A stretch of 64,000 bases of DNA from Takakia lepidozioides (Eukaryota > Plantae > Bryophyta), in the NCBI GenBank assembly GCA_030704615.1, contig CM060733.1, forward strand, positions 17,298,001 through 17,362,000, in the 5' to 3' direction. The notes below the pieces were generated by a model. The model worked only from the letters and a program-made list of their open reading frames with translations, had not been told where the DNA came from and did not search any database. The position numbers and the translations under genes were made by a program. How positions within the stretch are numbered: position 1 is the first letter of the stretch; every line of letters starts with the position of its first letter. This document shows, piece after piece, positions 25,801-37,661 of this stretch.

Positions 25801-26409
25801 GAAGGTAGGGGCTGATTTGGAGCCAGAATTCTTTGAGGAAGCTAAGAGTCTGTTCATCAAATACAGAGATATATTTGCTTGGAGCTACGAGGGGATACCA
25901 CCTGAGATCTGTCAGCATAAGATTGAACTGGAACCAGGGTCAGTACCAATCAAACATGCAAGGTACAGAATGAATCCCAACTATGCACAGAAGGTTGGGG
26001 AAGAGATCAAGAAGTTGGCTGATGCTAAGTTTATATACTCGATAAAGTATACAACTTGGTTGTCACCCATTGTGATAGTTCCAAAAAAGAATGGTAAACT
26101 GAGAGTTTGTGTTAACTATAAGAAGTTGAATGCTTGTACGAAGAAAGATCATTTCTCTTTGCCATTCACAGAAGCGGTATTGGACACTGTGGCAGGCCAT
26201 GAGATGTACTCATTCATGGATGGCTTCAGTGGTTATAATCAAGTGCAAGTGGCAGAAGAAGACCAAGGAAAGACAGTTTTCATCACAGACTGGGGTGCTT
26301 ATGCATACAAAGTCATGCCTTTTGGATTTTGTAATGCACCAACAACCTTTCAGAGAGTGATAAGTGAATCTTTTCATGAGTATCTGGATGATTTCATGCA
26401 GGTACTCTT

Positions 26410-29400
26410 GGAGGTTAGCTATTTCATGAGCATGAGCGGCATGAGCGGAGTAGTAAGACAATCGGTTTTCATGAGCAGAAGTACAAATTCCGCAAATAAA
26501 AAACATTAAAAAACATTATTTTAATGGGATGTGTAAATAAAAAATAAAAAAACAAAATAATATTCATTGTTTGAAGTAGAAATTGTAGTTTTGAGAGCCG
26601 TGCTTATGCTATTTCGATTTCTGCTCATGCGAATTCCGAGCGACATCTGCAAAAATGGCGCCGAATTTCGCGGTAATAGGTTCCGCAAGTAGAAAAATCG
26701 GCGACGTATTGCACGGTAATAGGTGACTCCGGCGAAAAATGGTGCCAAATTTCGCGGTTATAGGTCCCAACTTCATTGAAGTGTAAGCCCAAAATTTGGA
26801 AATGTGGCGCCGAATTTCGGTACATGGTTCCGGGCATTGCACAAATGTAGGGCAGTTCTGGGCCATGTAACTGGAAATTCGGCGCCATTTTTCCAGAAAT
26901 GGCCCCTTCAACTGCAACTGTTGGAACTCAGTTTTCTGGAAGATTTGCAAATTTTTCCTGCCGTCATCTTTGAATTGATTCTGTTTCGACATTGAATTGT
27001 CACTGGACGTGAACGGATATCCAACAGTCCCTAGTGTTTAAAATACATCACTTTAATATTGTCTGTCTCATTCCAGGAGTTTTGGGGTGCAATTCATTAC
27101 ACTGCAAAACAAAGTCTAATGCATAAAAATACAATTGCAAATATCCATATGGTGGATTTCTTTTTCCCCATCAATGATTTCTGGAATCCCGGTGGAGGAG
27201 TTTGTGCAGCTCGTTCACGCTCAACGCTGGTGCATGAATAAATTCATCAATAGTCAAGTTCATCCTCAACCTCTTCAGGTAAATGTAATATAGATGCTTG
27301 CACGGATAATACTTTGACACCTTCTTTGCTTTCATCAACGAGAAGTCCGTACAATTGCAAGTCGGCTCCACTCCAATCGTAATTGTGTATACGTCGTCGC
27401 GTACAGCTGAGTCGGCCGTTGCCATCCGATAAACACGCCCAAGGCCGGGTGGGGGTATGTCCACGGAGCTCTGATAGTGCAAGCCATCCCAAGAGCATTG
27501 ACAATCCGAGTCTCATTCAACTTGTTGGGAGTGTCGTCTCTTCACTCTTCCGAATCGCATTGTGGGATGTGCAGAATTGTCCAATCTGTCTCTACTGGAC
27601 GGAGCAGCCTGCAATGGCTGGGTCTGAGGAACTGGAAACGAGTGGGCCGGGACGTCTGTGCGTTGCACCATTCGAAATCCTGCTGCAAAAAGAGCATCCG
27701 CCTCATTCTGAGAGAGGTTGCAACCCGGTGCAACAGGCCAGACGCCCGGAGGCTCGGACATTCCCTGAATCTCGTATTTGGGCTTGCCAAATACACAGGT
27801 CATTATGTCGTGCCTACAGAACCAAAACGTCTACGTTGTGGCGTGAGAGAATGTGGGAGTCAAAAATTTGCCGCTGAAACAAGGTGCAGGTACAACACCG
27901 TGTGGGTTCCTCCGAATCATCTCACCACAACGTGCTCTCGTATCCACCCGGATGGCGCAGCACTTCCTTCGAAATGCAGGCAATGTCATTGCTATTCTCT
28001 ACTGTGACTCCGACACTCTTGTCCCACAATGGGTATGTTGTACTGCGTTACTACAGATGGCTCGTTATGTTCCGCGGGCACGTGCCCTGTGCTCAAAGGA
28101 AATGACGATCTTGAACGTGCAGGACTTGCGGTGCTCGACGAGACCTCCTCGGGCAACATCACGAGACCACGAGGGAGCGTGCGAATATTCTTGTCAGCTC
28201 GCCATGAATCATCTTCTTCGCCAGGTGCCTCGTCAGGTCTTCGTCTCACTGGACGGGTGTGAATATCTCCTTCCAAGTGTTGGCCTCTTCGAAGCAATGG
28301 CGTGTCCCGAAGGCCCTCTCGCAAGGCTGCCGTCCACTTGCGAGGATTCTTCAATCTGGAGGCAGTCCGCATCAGCATTTCCTGCCTGTCCGGCCCCAAG
28401 CCCCACTGTTTAGAACTCGTTGTACCTACATTGCTGCATAATTGACCTGACTATGTCCTCCGTTGTGGCAGTGAGGATGTCCACCAGATGCGCCGCATAG
28501 GAGGCACGCCAGGAAGAATGTACTGATTCGGCCATGTTTGTTGTCCGCATGTCGGTGTCGGAGTCCAGACACATTTCCTGCACATGCACATGTTGAGGTT
28601 ACAAGCAAGTTACAAAGAAGGAGTAGCATAATATTCAACGTGACGCGAATTCGTCAAACTCACCTCCCGCATATAGTCACCGAACTGGAGGAAACGATAA
28701 TGCCACCATGCTAGCCAACTGACCATTGCTCCATCGTCTGATTTCTTTACAACATGTGACGTTGTCCACCAAGCCCGTATACATGCAAATTGTGTCTCTG
28801 CATCATCCAAGGTGGGAGCACGCTTCCACACAAGACACATGGAACGGTGCTCCTCTCTGAAATCTGGCGCCACGAGCCGGGTTGTGTACTGCGACAAGCT
28901 CTGCAAAAAATGGAACCCACAAGATTTCTCCTTGCCTTCCATCGGAACATTGGGGTCTTCCCCGTACACCTTTCGGATGGCAGCCCAATTTGCTTGTGCG
29001 TTGTCCGCCATGAAACCACGGAAATTGGGAGGGGCCAATCCCGCCCTGGCCATCTGTTCGTTTATTCCCTGCCAAAGAAGCATCTCCGATTGTGTGTCCT
29101 CTCCTTTCATCTCACAAATAACAATTGTCATTAGCATCCTGCAGTGGGTGTCGTAGACATGTGCAGCCATTGTCACCCACTGGTGATTTGTAATTCGCTT
29201 GATATGGTCGAACATGACCCAACTGTTTGACAAGTCCACACTCGTCATCCGGTCGTCCAGTTCGACGCCGCTGCCAGGCCCACACGTGGACATTTTGAAT
29301 ATGAAACAACGATCTGCCTCAGTCCCTTGTCCTGGAAACCTACTTCCACGAATGTAGTCATATCCACATCGTCGCTTCACCTCCAGAATGGAGTGCATAT

Positions 29401-29710
29401 CCGAGCCACGCCCAATTTTCTGTTTGCAGGAGACAATGTGGTTTCGGACATTCGGTGAACAAACGTGGGACACCGACTCCAGCAATGCCTCCATTTCCTT
29501 CTCATCGAGAGGAACTCTGTCGGAGCCGTCTTCCGACATAATTTTGGCCAATGCCATCTTATGGACGGCCTGCAGCTGTATCTGTTTGGGTTTGGCACCA
29601 GGTCTCAACCTAACCTCCTCCTGAACGAGCTGCTCTGCCTCGTGGGCAGCCTCCCGCTAGTTCCCCCTCGCCTTGTGACAATGGGAACCAACGTGTATGC
29701 AAGCTCGTGT
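26410..29710 (-). mobile_element. Mutator-like (MULE) element 1 with SWIM-finger transposase pseudogene, 5'-truncated
   Basis: Motifs VMFDHIKR (D1), FMADNAQA (D2), CGFH (CxxH-like), TTNMAESVH (E) and SWIM CNCTDF..PCKH (27171-27482). GT-AG intron at 28578-28663. CATGAGC motifs at the left end and GGCGCCGAATTTC subterminal repeats at 26650-26890. Confidence 0.8.
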
Positions 29711-29899
29711 GAGGAAAAATGGCAGAATCTGCCACACCTGCTTTTAACGACTGCTATCTCGGTTCCACTCACTAGTACCTTCATCTCTCTTATCTCAGCT
29801 CTCTCTTCTTGCTTTCCCTCTTTTTTTTTTTTCCTGTTTTTTCAAAAATAGGACAATCTGATGCTACCAACCCGGCTGCCCAGCCTGTCCAATTGAATG

Positions 29900-29909
29900 T
29901 GGGCCCGAT
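29900..29909 (+). promoter_or_regulatory. Possible site II (TGGGCC) element upstream of citrate synthase
   Basis: GTGGGCCC about 230 bp upstream of the ATG. Site II motifs are common in plant nuclear genes for mitochondrial proteins, but this is a single short motif. Confidence 0.25.
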
Positions 29910-30130
29910 TTTTGGACGTGTGAAAAATAAAACAATTCATTTATGCTATTTTCCAATTTTGGATGATGGTTTCATATCAGAATGGTCTCTAGTAGGGAGG
30001 TTCTCATCTACACGACCTCCTGCATCCAACAGAAGAAGAATGAGCCAATTTGGCCAAGCACAGCGCCCCCAGTGCCTGCTCAAAGGAGGGGGGTCCAATG
30101 TCAGATTCTCGATCCAATCGCGCTGCCGCC

Positions 30131-31537
30131 ATGGCTCGGGGAGCACGCTTCCTGCTTGATCAAGCCAAGCCAGGACACGCTGCGCGATGGGTCCGGTTGT
30201 ATCAGACAACTGTTACCAAAGTCAGCACGGACCTCCGGTCACTGATAGAAGAGATGGTTCCACGGGAGCAGGACCGATTAAAGGAGATCAAATCCAAGTA
30301 CGGGGAGGTCTGTCTTGGGGAGAATACTGTGGACATGGCCAGTGGAGGGATGCGAGGCATCAAAGGCATGTTGTGGGAGACCTCATGGCTTGATCCTGAT
30401 GAGGGTATTCGCTTCAGGGGTCTTTCAATTCCTGAATGCCAAGCAAAGCTTCCTGCAGCCAAACCAGGGGGTGAACCACTCCCAGAAGGCCTGTTGTGGC
30501 TGCTGGCCACAGGAGAGGTGCCCACTAAAGAGCAAGTAGCCGCTTTGTCCGAAGACCTGCGAGGCCGCTCCAAGGTGCCAGGGCATGTTTTTGATGTCAT
30601 AAATGCACTTCCAAAGACAGCACATCCGATGACACAACTGACTGCTGGCATTCTGGCCCTCCAGACTCAAAGTGAATTCGTTAAGGCATATGAGAAAGGA
30701 ATTGCAAAAACCAAATTCTGGGAGTCCACATATGAAGACTCTTTGAATTTGATTGCCCAGTTGCCAGAAGTTGCGGCCTTCATCTACCGTAGAATATACA
30801 AGGGGGGCGTTTTGATTGGATCTGATTCAAGTCTCGACTATGCTGCAAATTTTGCACACATGCTGGGCTTCGAGGATGAGAAAATGCATGAGCTCATGCG
30901 CCTCTATGTCAGCATCCACAGCGATCACGAGGGTGGCAACGTGAGTGCCCACACTGTCCATCTGGTTGGAAGTGCGCTGTCTGATCCTTATCTCTCATTT
31001 GCTGCCGGGATGAACGGATTGGCAGGTCCTCTGCATGGCCTTGCAAATCAGGAAGTACTCCGGTGGATTCAGGAGGTGGTTGCCGAGATTGGGAGTGATG
31101 CTACCCTGGAGCAGATAACGGAATATGTTCACAAGACCTTGAAGAGTGGAAAGGTGGTCCCTGGGTTTGGACACGCAGTGCTGCGCAAAACAGATCCCCG
31201 ATACATGTGCCAGCGTGAATTTGCCCTGAAGCATCTGCCCAATGATCCCTTATTCAAAATTGTTTCCAAATTGTACGAGGTGGTCCCCCCGATCTTGTTG
31301 GAGGGTGGCAAGGTGAAGAACCCATGGCCAAATGTTGATGCACACAGCGGAGTTTTACTTCACCACTTCGGCTTGAAAGAACAGAACTATTACACAGTAC
31401 TGTTTGGAGTGTCTCGCGCATTAGGTGTGCTATCTCAGCTCATATGGGATCGGGCGCTGGGGCTTCCAATTGAGAGACCCAAGAGTATGACTTTGGAGGA
31501 GATTGAAAACTACTGCAAGTCAAAGGTCTCAGCCTGA
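30131..31537 (+). CDS. CSY: Mitochondrial-type citrate synthase, intronless, 468 aa
   Basis: ATG in GCCGCCATGG context and an Arg-rich presequence-like N-terminus. Motifs [33 protein letters not shown] (His), [13 protein letters not shown] (His), [10 protein letters not shown] (Asp), LPIERPKS. The ORF is uninterrupted. Confidence 0.97.
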   Translation: MARGARFLLDQAKPGHAARWVRLYQTTVTKVSTDLRSLIEEMVPREQDRLKEIKSKYGEVCLGENTVDMASGGMRGIKGMLWETSWLDPDEGIRFRGLSIPECQAKLPAAKPGGEPLPEGLLWLLATGEVPTKEQVAALSEDLRGRSKVPGHVFDVINALPKTAHPMTQLTAGILALQTQSEFVKAYEKGIAKTKFWESTYEDSLNLIAQLPEVAAFIYRRIYKGGVLIGSDSSLDYAANFAHMLGFEDEKMHELMRLYVSIHSDHEGGNVSAHTVHLVGSALSDPYLSFAAGMNGLAGPLHGLANQEVLRWIQEVVAEIGSDATLEQITEYVHKTLKSGKVVPGFGHAVLRKTDPRYMCQREFALKHLPNDPLFKIVSKLYEVVPPILLEGGKVKNPWPNVDAHSGVLLHHFGLKEQNYYTVLFGVSRALGVLSQLIWDRALGLPIERPKSMTLEEIENYCKSKVSA

Positions 31538-32581
31538 GTGGAGAAAATTGTCTAGGTTTGCATAGAGGCAATTTTTCTGGCTGCATGCAGATGCTGGTAG
31601 AGCCACATGGGAAGCTCATGCATTGATGAAAACTTTTGAGCCAACGCACTCTGCTCGGATGTACTACACAAGTAATGATTCCATTTTCTGCAGTGAATTT
31701 ACTGGAGAAAAATAAATAAGTAATCTCAAGTTCTCTAGTGTCGTTCCTCTGCATAGCGTTGCTACGTCGTGCGACTCTCCATAGAGAAGAATCGGAGGTG
31801 TCTTTGATTGTCGATCTGTGAAAACACTTCAGGATGTATAGGCACAGGCTGCACACTATCCTCTTCGTCCCCGCAAGTGGGCAGCGAGTTCTGTGCGGAG
31901 GTCGAAGTCCTAAGCAGTGCGCAGCACTGGAATACAGTCGTCAATGTACACGGAGATTGTTGTGTATGAGTTTATGGGCAACAGCTCACTGGACATGGTA
32001 CCAGTTTCGAGGTTGCTTTTGTCTGAGTAACTACAAACGCCCCCTTATAGCCTCGATAAGTGTGCCTTCCAGGCCTTCACATCATGTAATGGAAAATCAC
32101 TTGTGGATTTGGCTCGCCCTGATTTGTGCCGTGTAGTTGTATGGCAGTTGTTCACTGGCATTCCTGCCAAAGCAAGAGACAAGTGCAGGGCAAAGGCTAT
32201 GGAAAACTTACGTCAAGGCCTGGGACACAGATACAAGGCAGTGCCTAAGGCTGCCCACTAATAACCTGGTACCCAGGATCACCCAGGTGAGGCAGTCCAA
32301 TACCAGCTGTGGCACATGCTTAGTGTCTGCCCTTCTTGTGTTTTTGAAGAACAAATTATAACTTGACAATTGCCTTTCGATCAGAAAACCAAGAAGGATG
32401 TAAGGTCGCACAAGATGATTGTGAGCTCCACACAAACTTGTTGTTCCCATATAACTAGAATCATGAAACAGTACAATGAACTGGGTAATCCAAAAGTGTC
32501 CATATTATTTGTGACACGAAGGAAGGCAAAGAGACCGGTGGTTACAATGTGGCCAGGTACTCCAAACCAACATGACATTTG

Positions 32582-35500
32582 TGTCAAGAAAACAAACACA
32601 TACTTCTCAAGATGCAGGGATGAAATAACATGACTCTATTACAAAGGAGCTCTCCTCCCTACCATAGAGGTATGTACAAAGATTCAAAGATTGTTTGCCT
32701 CTCCCTTGAGCCCAATATATATACCTACTAGATGTCTCACACCAGATATGTGTATTCCCTCAAGGCTTACCTAATATCTATTCTAAGCCGGATCTATTCT
32801 AAGTATCTAGAATATCCAATAGCTATTCTAAGCCGCATCTATTCTAGGTATCTAGAATACCTAACGGATGATGAGTTGAACTCAAAAGTTCATCCATCCT
32901 AATTCTAATACTCCCACTCAACGAAATATCCGTTACTAAGATTGGAAGTTAACAACCCCCATCATCTCCTTGAAGCGTACATGCTTGTGCAAATGTATTT
33001 CGTGAGTGAGGCTCTTTGTCAAAATATTTGCATCACAGTATCCTACCATGTGCAAACCATCCTTGTCTAAAGGACTCCCACTGAAGCATAACCCACGACA
33101 AATAGTACCTTTGAGATACCGTAAGATACGACTTCACTGCCCTTGGAGAATAGCCCTTGGCAACGAGCCGAGCTTTGTATTGCTCCACAGTTCCATCTGC
33201 CTTGTACTTCCGCTTGAAGACCCTTCTGCTTCCAGCTGTTCTCCTTCCAAGTGGCAGAGGAGCAAGAACCCAAGTGCCATTATCCATAATAGACTTGTAC
33301 TCTGAATCAAGAGCTTCATCCCACTGTGAGGCATCAACACTCTCCAATGCTTCTCTCAAGGACTGTGGCTCATCATCGCTAGTATAGTGAAATGCAAAAG
33401 CCATGTCTAGAGACTCTACAAATTTGTTGGAGGGCTTCCAACTACGTTGTGAGTGTCGAGGTACAAATCGCTCATCCACGTCCTCACCAGCATCCTCATG
33501 AATCTCATTGACATCACTATGACTCTCTTCAGGTCTAAAATCAGCATGTTCACTTGGTACGTCGAGCGCTGCAACTGGAGCAGTATCAGCTAGTACAAAT
33601 GGAATGGGATCAATGGAATGAGGTTGTGATAAAACATGCGGAGCATCAACAACTGTAACAGGAATCTCACTAGCTCTCACCTTCTCTGTAAGCCTAGATA
33701 ATTCAACAAAGTGGACGTCACGACTCATAACCACAACATGACGTTCTGAGTCAAACAGACAATAGCATTTAGACCCCTCACAATATCCCAAAAACATGCA
33801 CTTAATGATTTTGGAATCCAGCTTTGAGTGCTTTTCTTTCGGAACATGAGCATATGCATCACAACCAAAAGCTCTCAGGTGTGCAACACTTGACTTCTTG
33901 CTACTCCATGCCTCCTTGACTGCAATGGTAGGTGCTTGATTGTTAACATACACAGCAGTAGAAACAGCCTCAGCCCAAAATACTTTGCCAAGACCTTGGT
34001 GCTCCATCATGCACCTTGCACTCTCAACCAAAGTCCGGTTCTTTCGTTCTGCAACTCCATTCTGTTGTGGGTTGTAAGGTGTAGTCATATGTCACTCAAT
34101 CTTATGTTGTTCACAAAACTGATGGAATGCCTTTGAGATGTACTCACCACCATTGTCGCAACGCAACTTCTTGATCACCTTCTATGTCTGCTTCTCTGCT
34201 AGAGCTTTGAACACCTTGAACTGATCCAAAACCTCATATTTTTTCTTCATGAAATAAACAAAGGTTTTCCGCGACAAATCATCAATGAAAGTGACAAAGT
34301 ACCTAGCACCACCATGAGAAAGATTCTTCATCGGCCTGCACACATCAATATGCACCAACTCAAGCAACTCTCATGCCCGTGTACCACCTGTAGCTGGAAA
34401 TGGATTGCGATGATGCTTTCCATATACACAACCTTGACAGAATTCTAGGTTAGACCGAATCACCATGCTAGTGAATGTCGAAAGAAGGAAGCTGATAAGA
34501 AGATTGACAAACTTAAGAGATTTGCACCTGAAGCCAATCACGTGGAGGGTGTTGGTAACGATAGTGAGTTGTTTGTGACTGCCTTGTCTGTAGCTCCGAG
34601 TGATGACACTTGGTACATCGACTCTGGTGCTTCTCAGCACATGACATCGCACAGAGAGTGGTTTTCTACCTACGAAGACCTTCCAGGTGACAGAAAGGTG
34701 TATCTTGGTGATGACAATGCTCTTCAGATCAAGAGTAAATGTACCATTCTCTTCAAGCTTGCAATGCCAAGATGACCGAGACGCTGATGTCACAAATCAG
34801 CCTTCCCTATAGCACCATTAATGTCGAGGCATCGTGACACGTTTGCATGAACTGTTCTCTCTGGAGATCCTGACAACTTGTAGAGTCGTCCTATCCGAAC
34901 GCCCATCACAACCACATTGCCCTCATGAGTCTTCATCAAACAGTTCCCGGATCTGAAAGTTACATGATAACCTTGATCCTCCATCTTGCTGACTGATAGT
35001 AGATTCTTCTGGAGTCCCTCCACATGTAGAATCTCCTTGATGTTCTTGCAGACTCTACTCGGCAGCTTGAAGGAAATGGTACCCTTACCCTTGATCTGAA
35101 GAGCACCGTCATCACCAAGATACACTTTTCTGTCACCTGGAAGGTCTTCGTAGGTAGAAAACCATTCTCTGTGCGATGTCGTGTGTTGAGAAGCACCAGA
35201 GTCGATATACCAAGTGTTGTCACTCGGAGCTACATACAAGGTAGTCACAAACAACTCATTATTGTCACCAGCACCCTCCACGTGATTGGCTTTAGGCGCA
35301 AATTTCTTGAGTTTGCCAGCCTTCTTATCAGCTTCCTTCTTTCGACATTCACTAGCATGGTGATTCGGTTTCCCACAATAGAAACATTTTTTTTTCTTCT
35401 TCGTCCCCTTCTCCTGGGTGGATGTACCAGAGGTAGAGACATAGTGCTTGCACTTGTGCCCTGTGTTGTGCGTAACATCTGACAGAGTAGCAGCAACAAG

Positions 35501-36661
35501 ACCCTTCTGACGTGATTCATCCTGATAGAGCACTCCAACAACTAACTTCATGGACAGATCAATAATAGAACGAGTTCCAAGAGATACCACAACGAACTCA
35601 AATGCTGGAATCAAACTCCCCATCAATGTCAGGCATGTGTCTAACTCTGAAATCTCTGACCCTGTCGCTGCAATCTGATCCAGTAAAGTTCGCATCTTGG
35701 CTATGTGAGAAGCAATGGAATCTCTCCCATTCATCTTAAGAGTGAAAAATTGTTGTCGCAATTGCAACAACGCATTTCCATTCTTGGGCTCGTACATCCT
35801 CACTAGGAATTCCCAAGCTTCACAAGATGTCTCATGCTTACTCACTTGCCCAAACAAAGAATCACTCACATGCAAAGAAATGGTTGCAAGAGCTCTCTGA
35901 TCAAGATCCTCCCACAGTTCTAGTGCATCAACATCTAGTTCTGATGGTTTCTTATGTTTGCCAGACATAACCTTCCATGTGCCCTCTCTAACAAGAACCA
36001 TTCGCATCTTGTCATTCCAGATATAAAACATGTCTCCATTGAACTTTGCAATTGCATGATAACTAAGATGTTGAGACATTTTGAATCTACACAGCCCAAG
36101 CTAATCAAGTATAGTGATGTCCTACTTCTCTCAGACTCAAAGAGATATGGATACAAGTGTATACAAATAAGAATTTCACACCACCACCAAGGAATCAACT
36201 ACACAACACAGATCTTAATTTGCTATAACATGTACTTTCTCTCTTGCTAATCAATCCCACTTCTAGAAATATGAATGAACTAGATCTCTCAATCCTGTTT
36301 AAAAGAATTCCACAGATAAACCCGCTCTGATACCATGTCAAGAAAACAAACACATACTTCTGAAGATGCAGGGATGAAACAACATGACTCTATTACAAAT
36401 GAACTCTCCTCCTTACCATAGAGGTATGTACAAAGATTCAAAGATTGTTTGCCTCTCCGATGAGCCCAATATATATACCTACTAGATGTCTGACACCGGA
36501 GATGTCTATTCCCTCAAGGCTTACCTAATAGCTATTCTAAGCCGGATCTATTTTAAGTATCTAGAATATCCAATAGCTATTCTAAGCCGCAACTATTCTA
36601 GGTATCTAGAATATCTAACGGATGATGAGTTGAACCCAAAAGTTCATCCATCCTAATTCTA
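32582..36661 (-). mobile_element. Ty1/copia LTR retrotransposon, internally deleted
   Basis: 326-bp LTRs at 32582-32907 and 36336-36661, TSD ATTTG on both sides, PBS TGGTATCAGAGCG (36323-36335) and PPT TGAGTGGGAG. gag-CCHC-protease WYIDSGAS (34790-36079) and integrase ELVHIDVC..QNGVAERKNRTL. RT stops after ARLVAKGYS with most of RT/RH missing. Confidence 0.95.
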
Positions 36662-37661
36662 ATTTGAAGAATGTTAAGGGAAAAAGCTGAGATCGAATGA
36701 GAGAGTTACGGAGTCAGTAATGGCACAAGAGATGGCTTAGTTGAGCAAAGGAGCTCTCGATATAAATCCACCCCCTTCACCTTTGTACACCTGCAATCGC
36801 CACAATTCTGAGCGTCTGATCGATGGATGTATTTTCCTTTGAAAGAAATGCCCCAGGTGACTGAAACGACACTAAAGATTGCACGATGTGATGGGATCCC
36901 GTTCGAACTTGTCTGTGAATCAACCCGGCATTCAGAAAGACACAGTCCAGTAATACCATCAGTTGCAAGTGTCTTCGTGTATAACAATCAAGCGAACCAT
37001 TGAATTACTGTCATTCGCAAGCCCCTTCTTCGACGATCTATCAATTGCGAGACAAGTTCGGGCCTAATCCAGAGAGTACATGAAGAATAATCAGCGCCAC
37101 CGGAAGCAAGGTGTCCAGCAAACCACATCCATTAAATCTGTAGTAAGAAACGAACAGCCTCCCTTTCCCAAACCTAAATTCAACAAAAATCAGAATGCAG
37201 TGTAACTGTTTGCATCTCATAAATTTTGTTCAAAAGTAATTGCAAGACCAGTGCAAAAGTCGGTCAAAATCTAGCGTAGTTCTAATCTCAAAATGATGAA
37301 AACCTGTACAGCGTAGTTCTAATCTCGAGTGGTGTATGAGGTGGACTTTTTCTCTACCATTTCATTTCATTTCTCTAACTCCCTTCTTGATTTACATTAC
37401 GAGGATCAGAAACACTTGGCAGCTTATCTGCATGAGGCCTTGGCAATCCCTTGAGTAGTAGTTGCTTCTGGGCTGCTTTTGGCTGTGGTTTTGTCTCTTC
37501 TTTCCTGTTTTTCCCTTTTGTCCCATAATCTCTTTGAGCTTTCCGCGGACATTATAAATTACCATTTCATTTCTCTGCGGCTTAGATGCACTGCAATGTG
37601 ATAGACATTCTGTCACCTAAAAGTGTTGTGGTGTTAATGAGTTTGTGGATGCACGTATCAG

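Larger units (their letters stand above)
11809..26405 (+). mobile_element. Degenerate Ty3/gypsy element C (gag-PR-RT), split by element B and truncated within RT
   Basis: Begins TG at the break in element A. The ORF from 12293 (..LVYVI) rejoins in frame at 22807 (ALLSIKRVEF..) once element B and one TSD copy are removed. It has a gag core (PIYSGKKDPDVHI..KMRLFPCSL..ASEWY), CCHC knuckles (24060-24480), protease DGGSG (about 25105) and RT WLSPIVIVPKKNGKLRVC..DGFSGYNQ..MPFG. Several stops and frameshifts. Confidence 0.85.

Noticed and set aside
30050-30130. Longer N-terminus for citrate synthase from the ORF track
   Set aside because: It begins at a non-ATG codon. The ATG at 30131 has the best context and gives a normal length, though the ATG at 30098 cannot be excluded.
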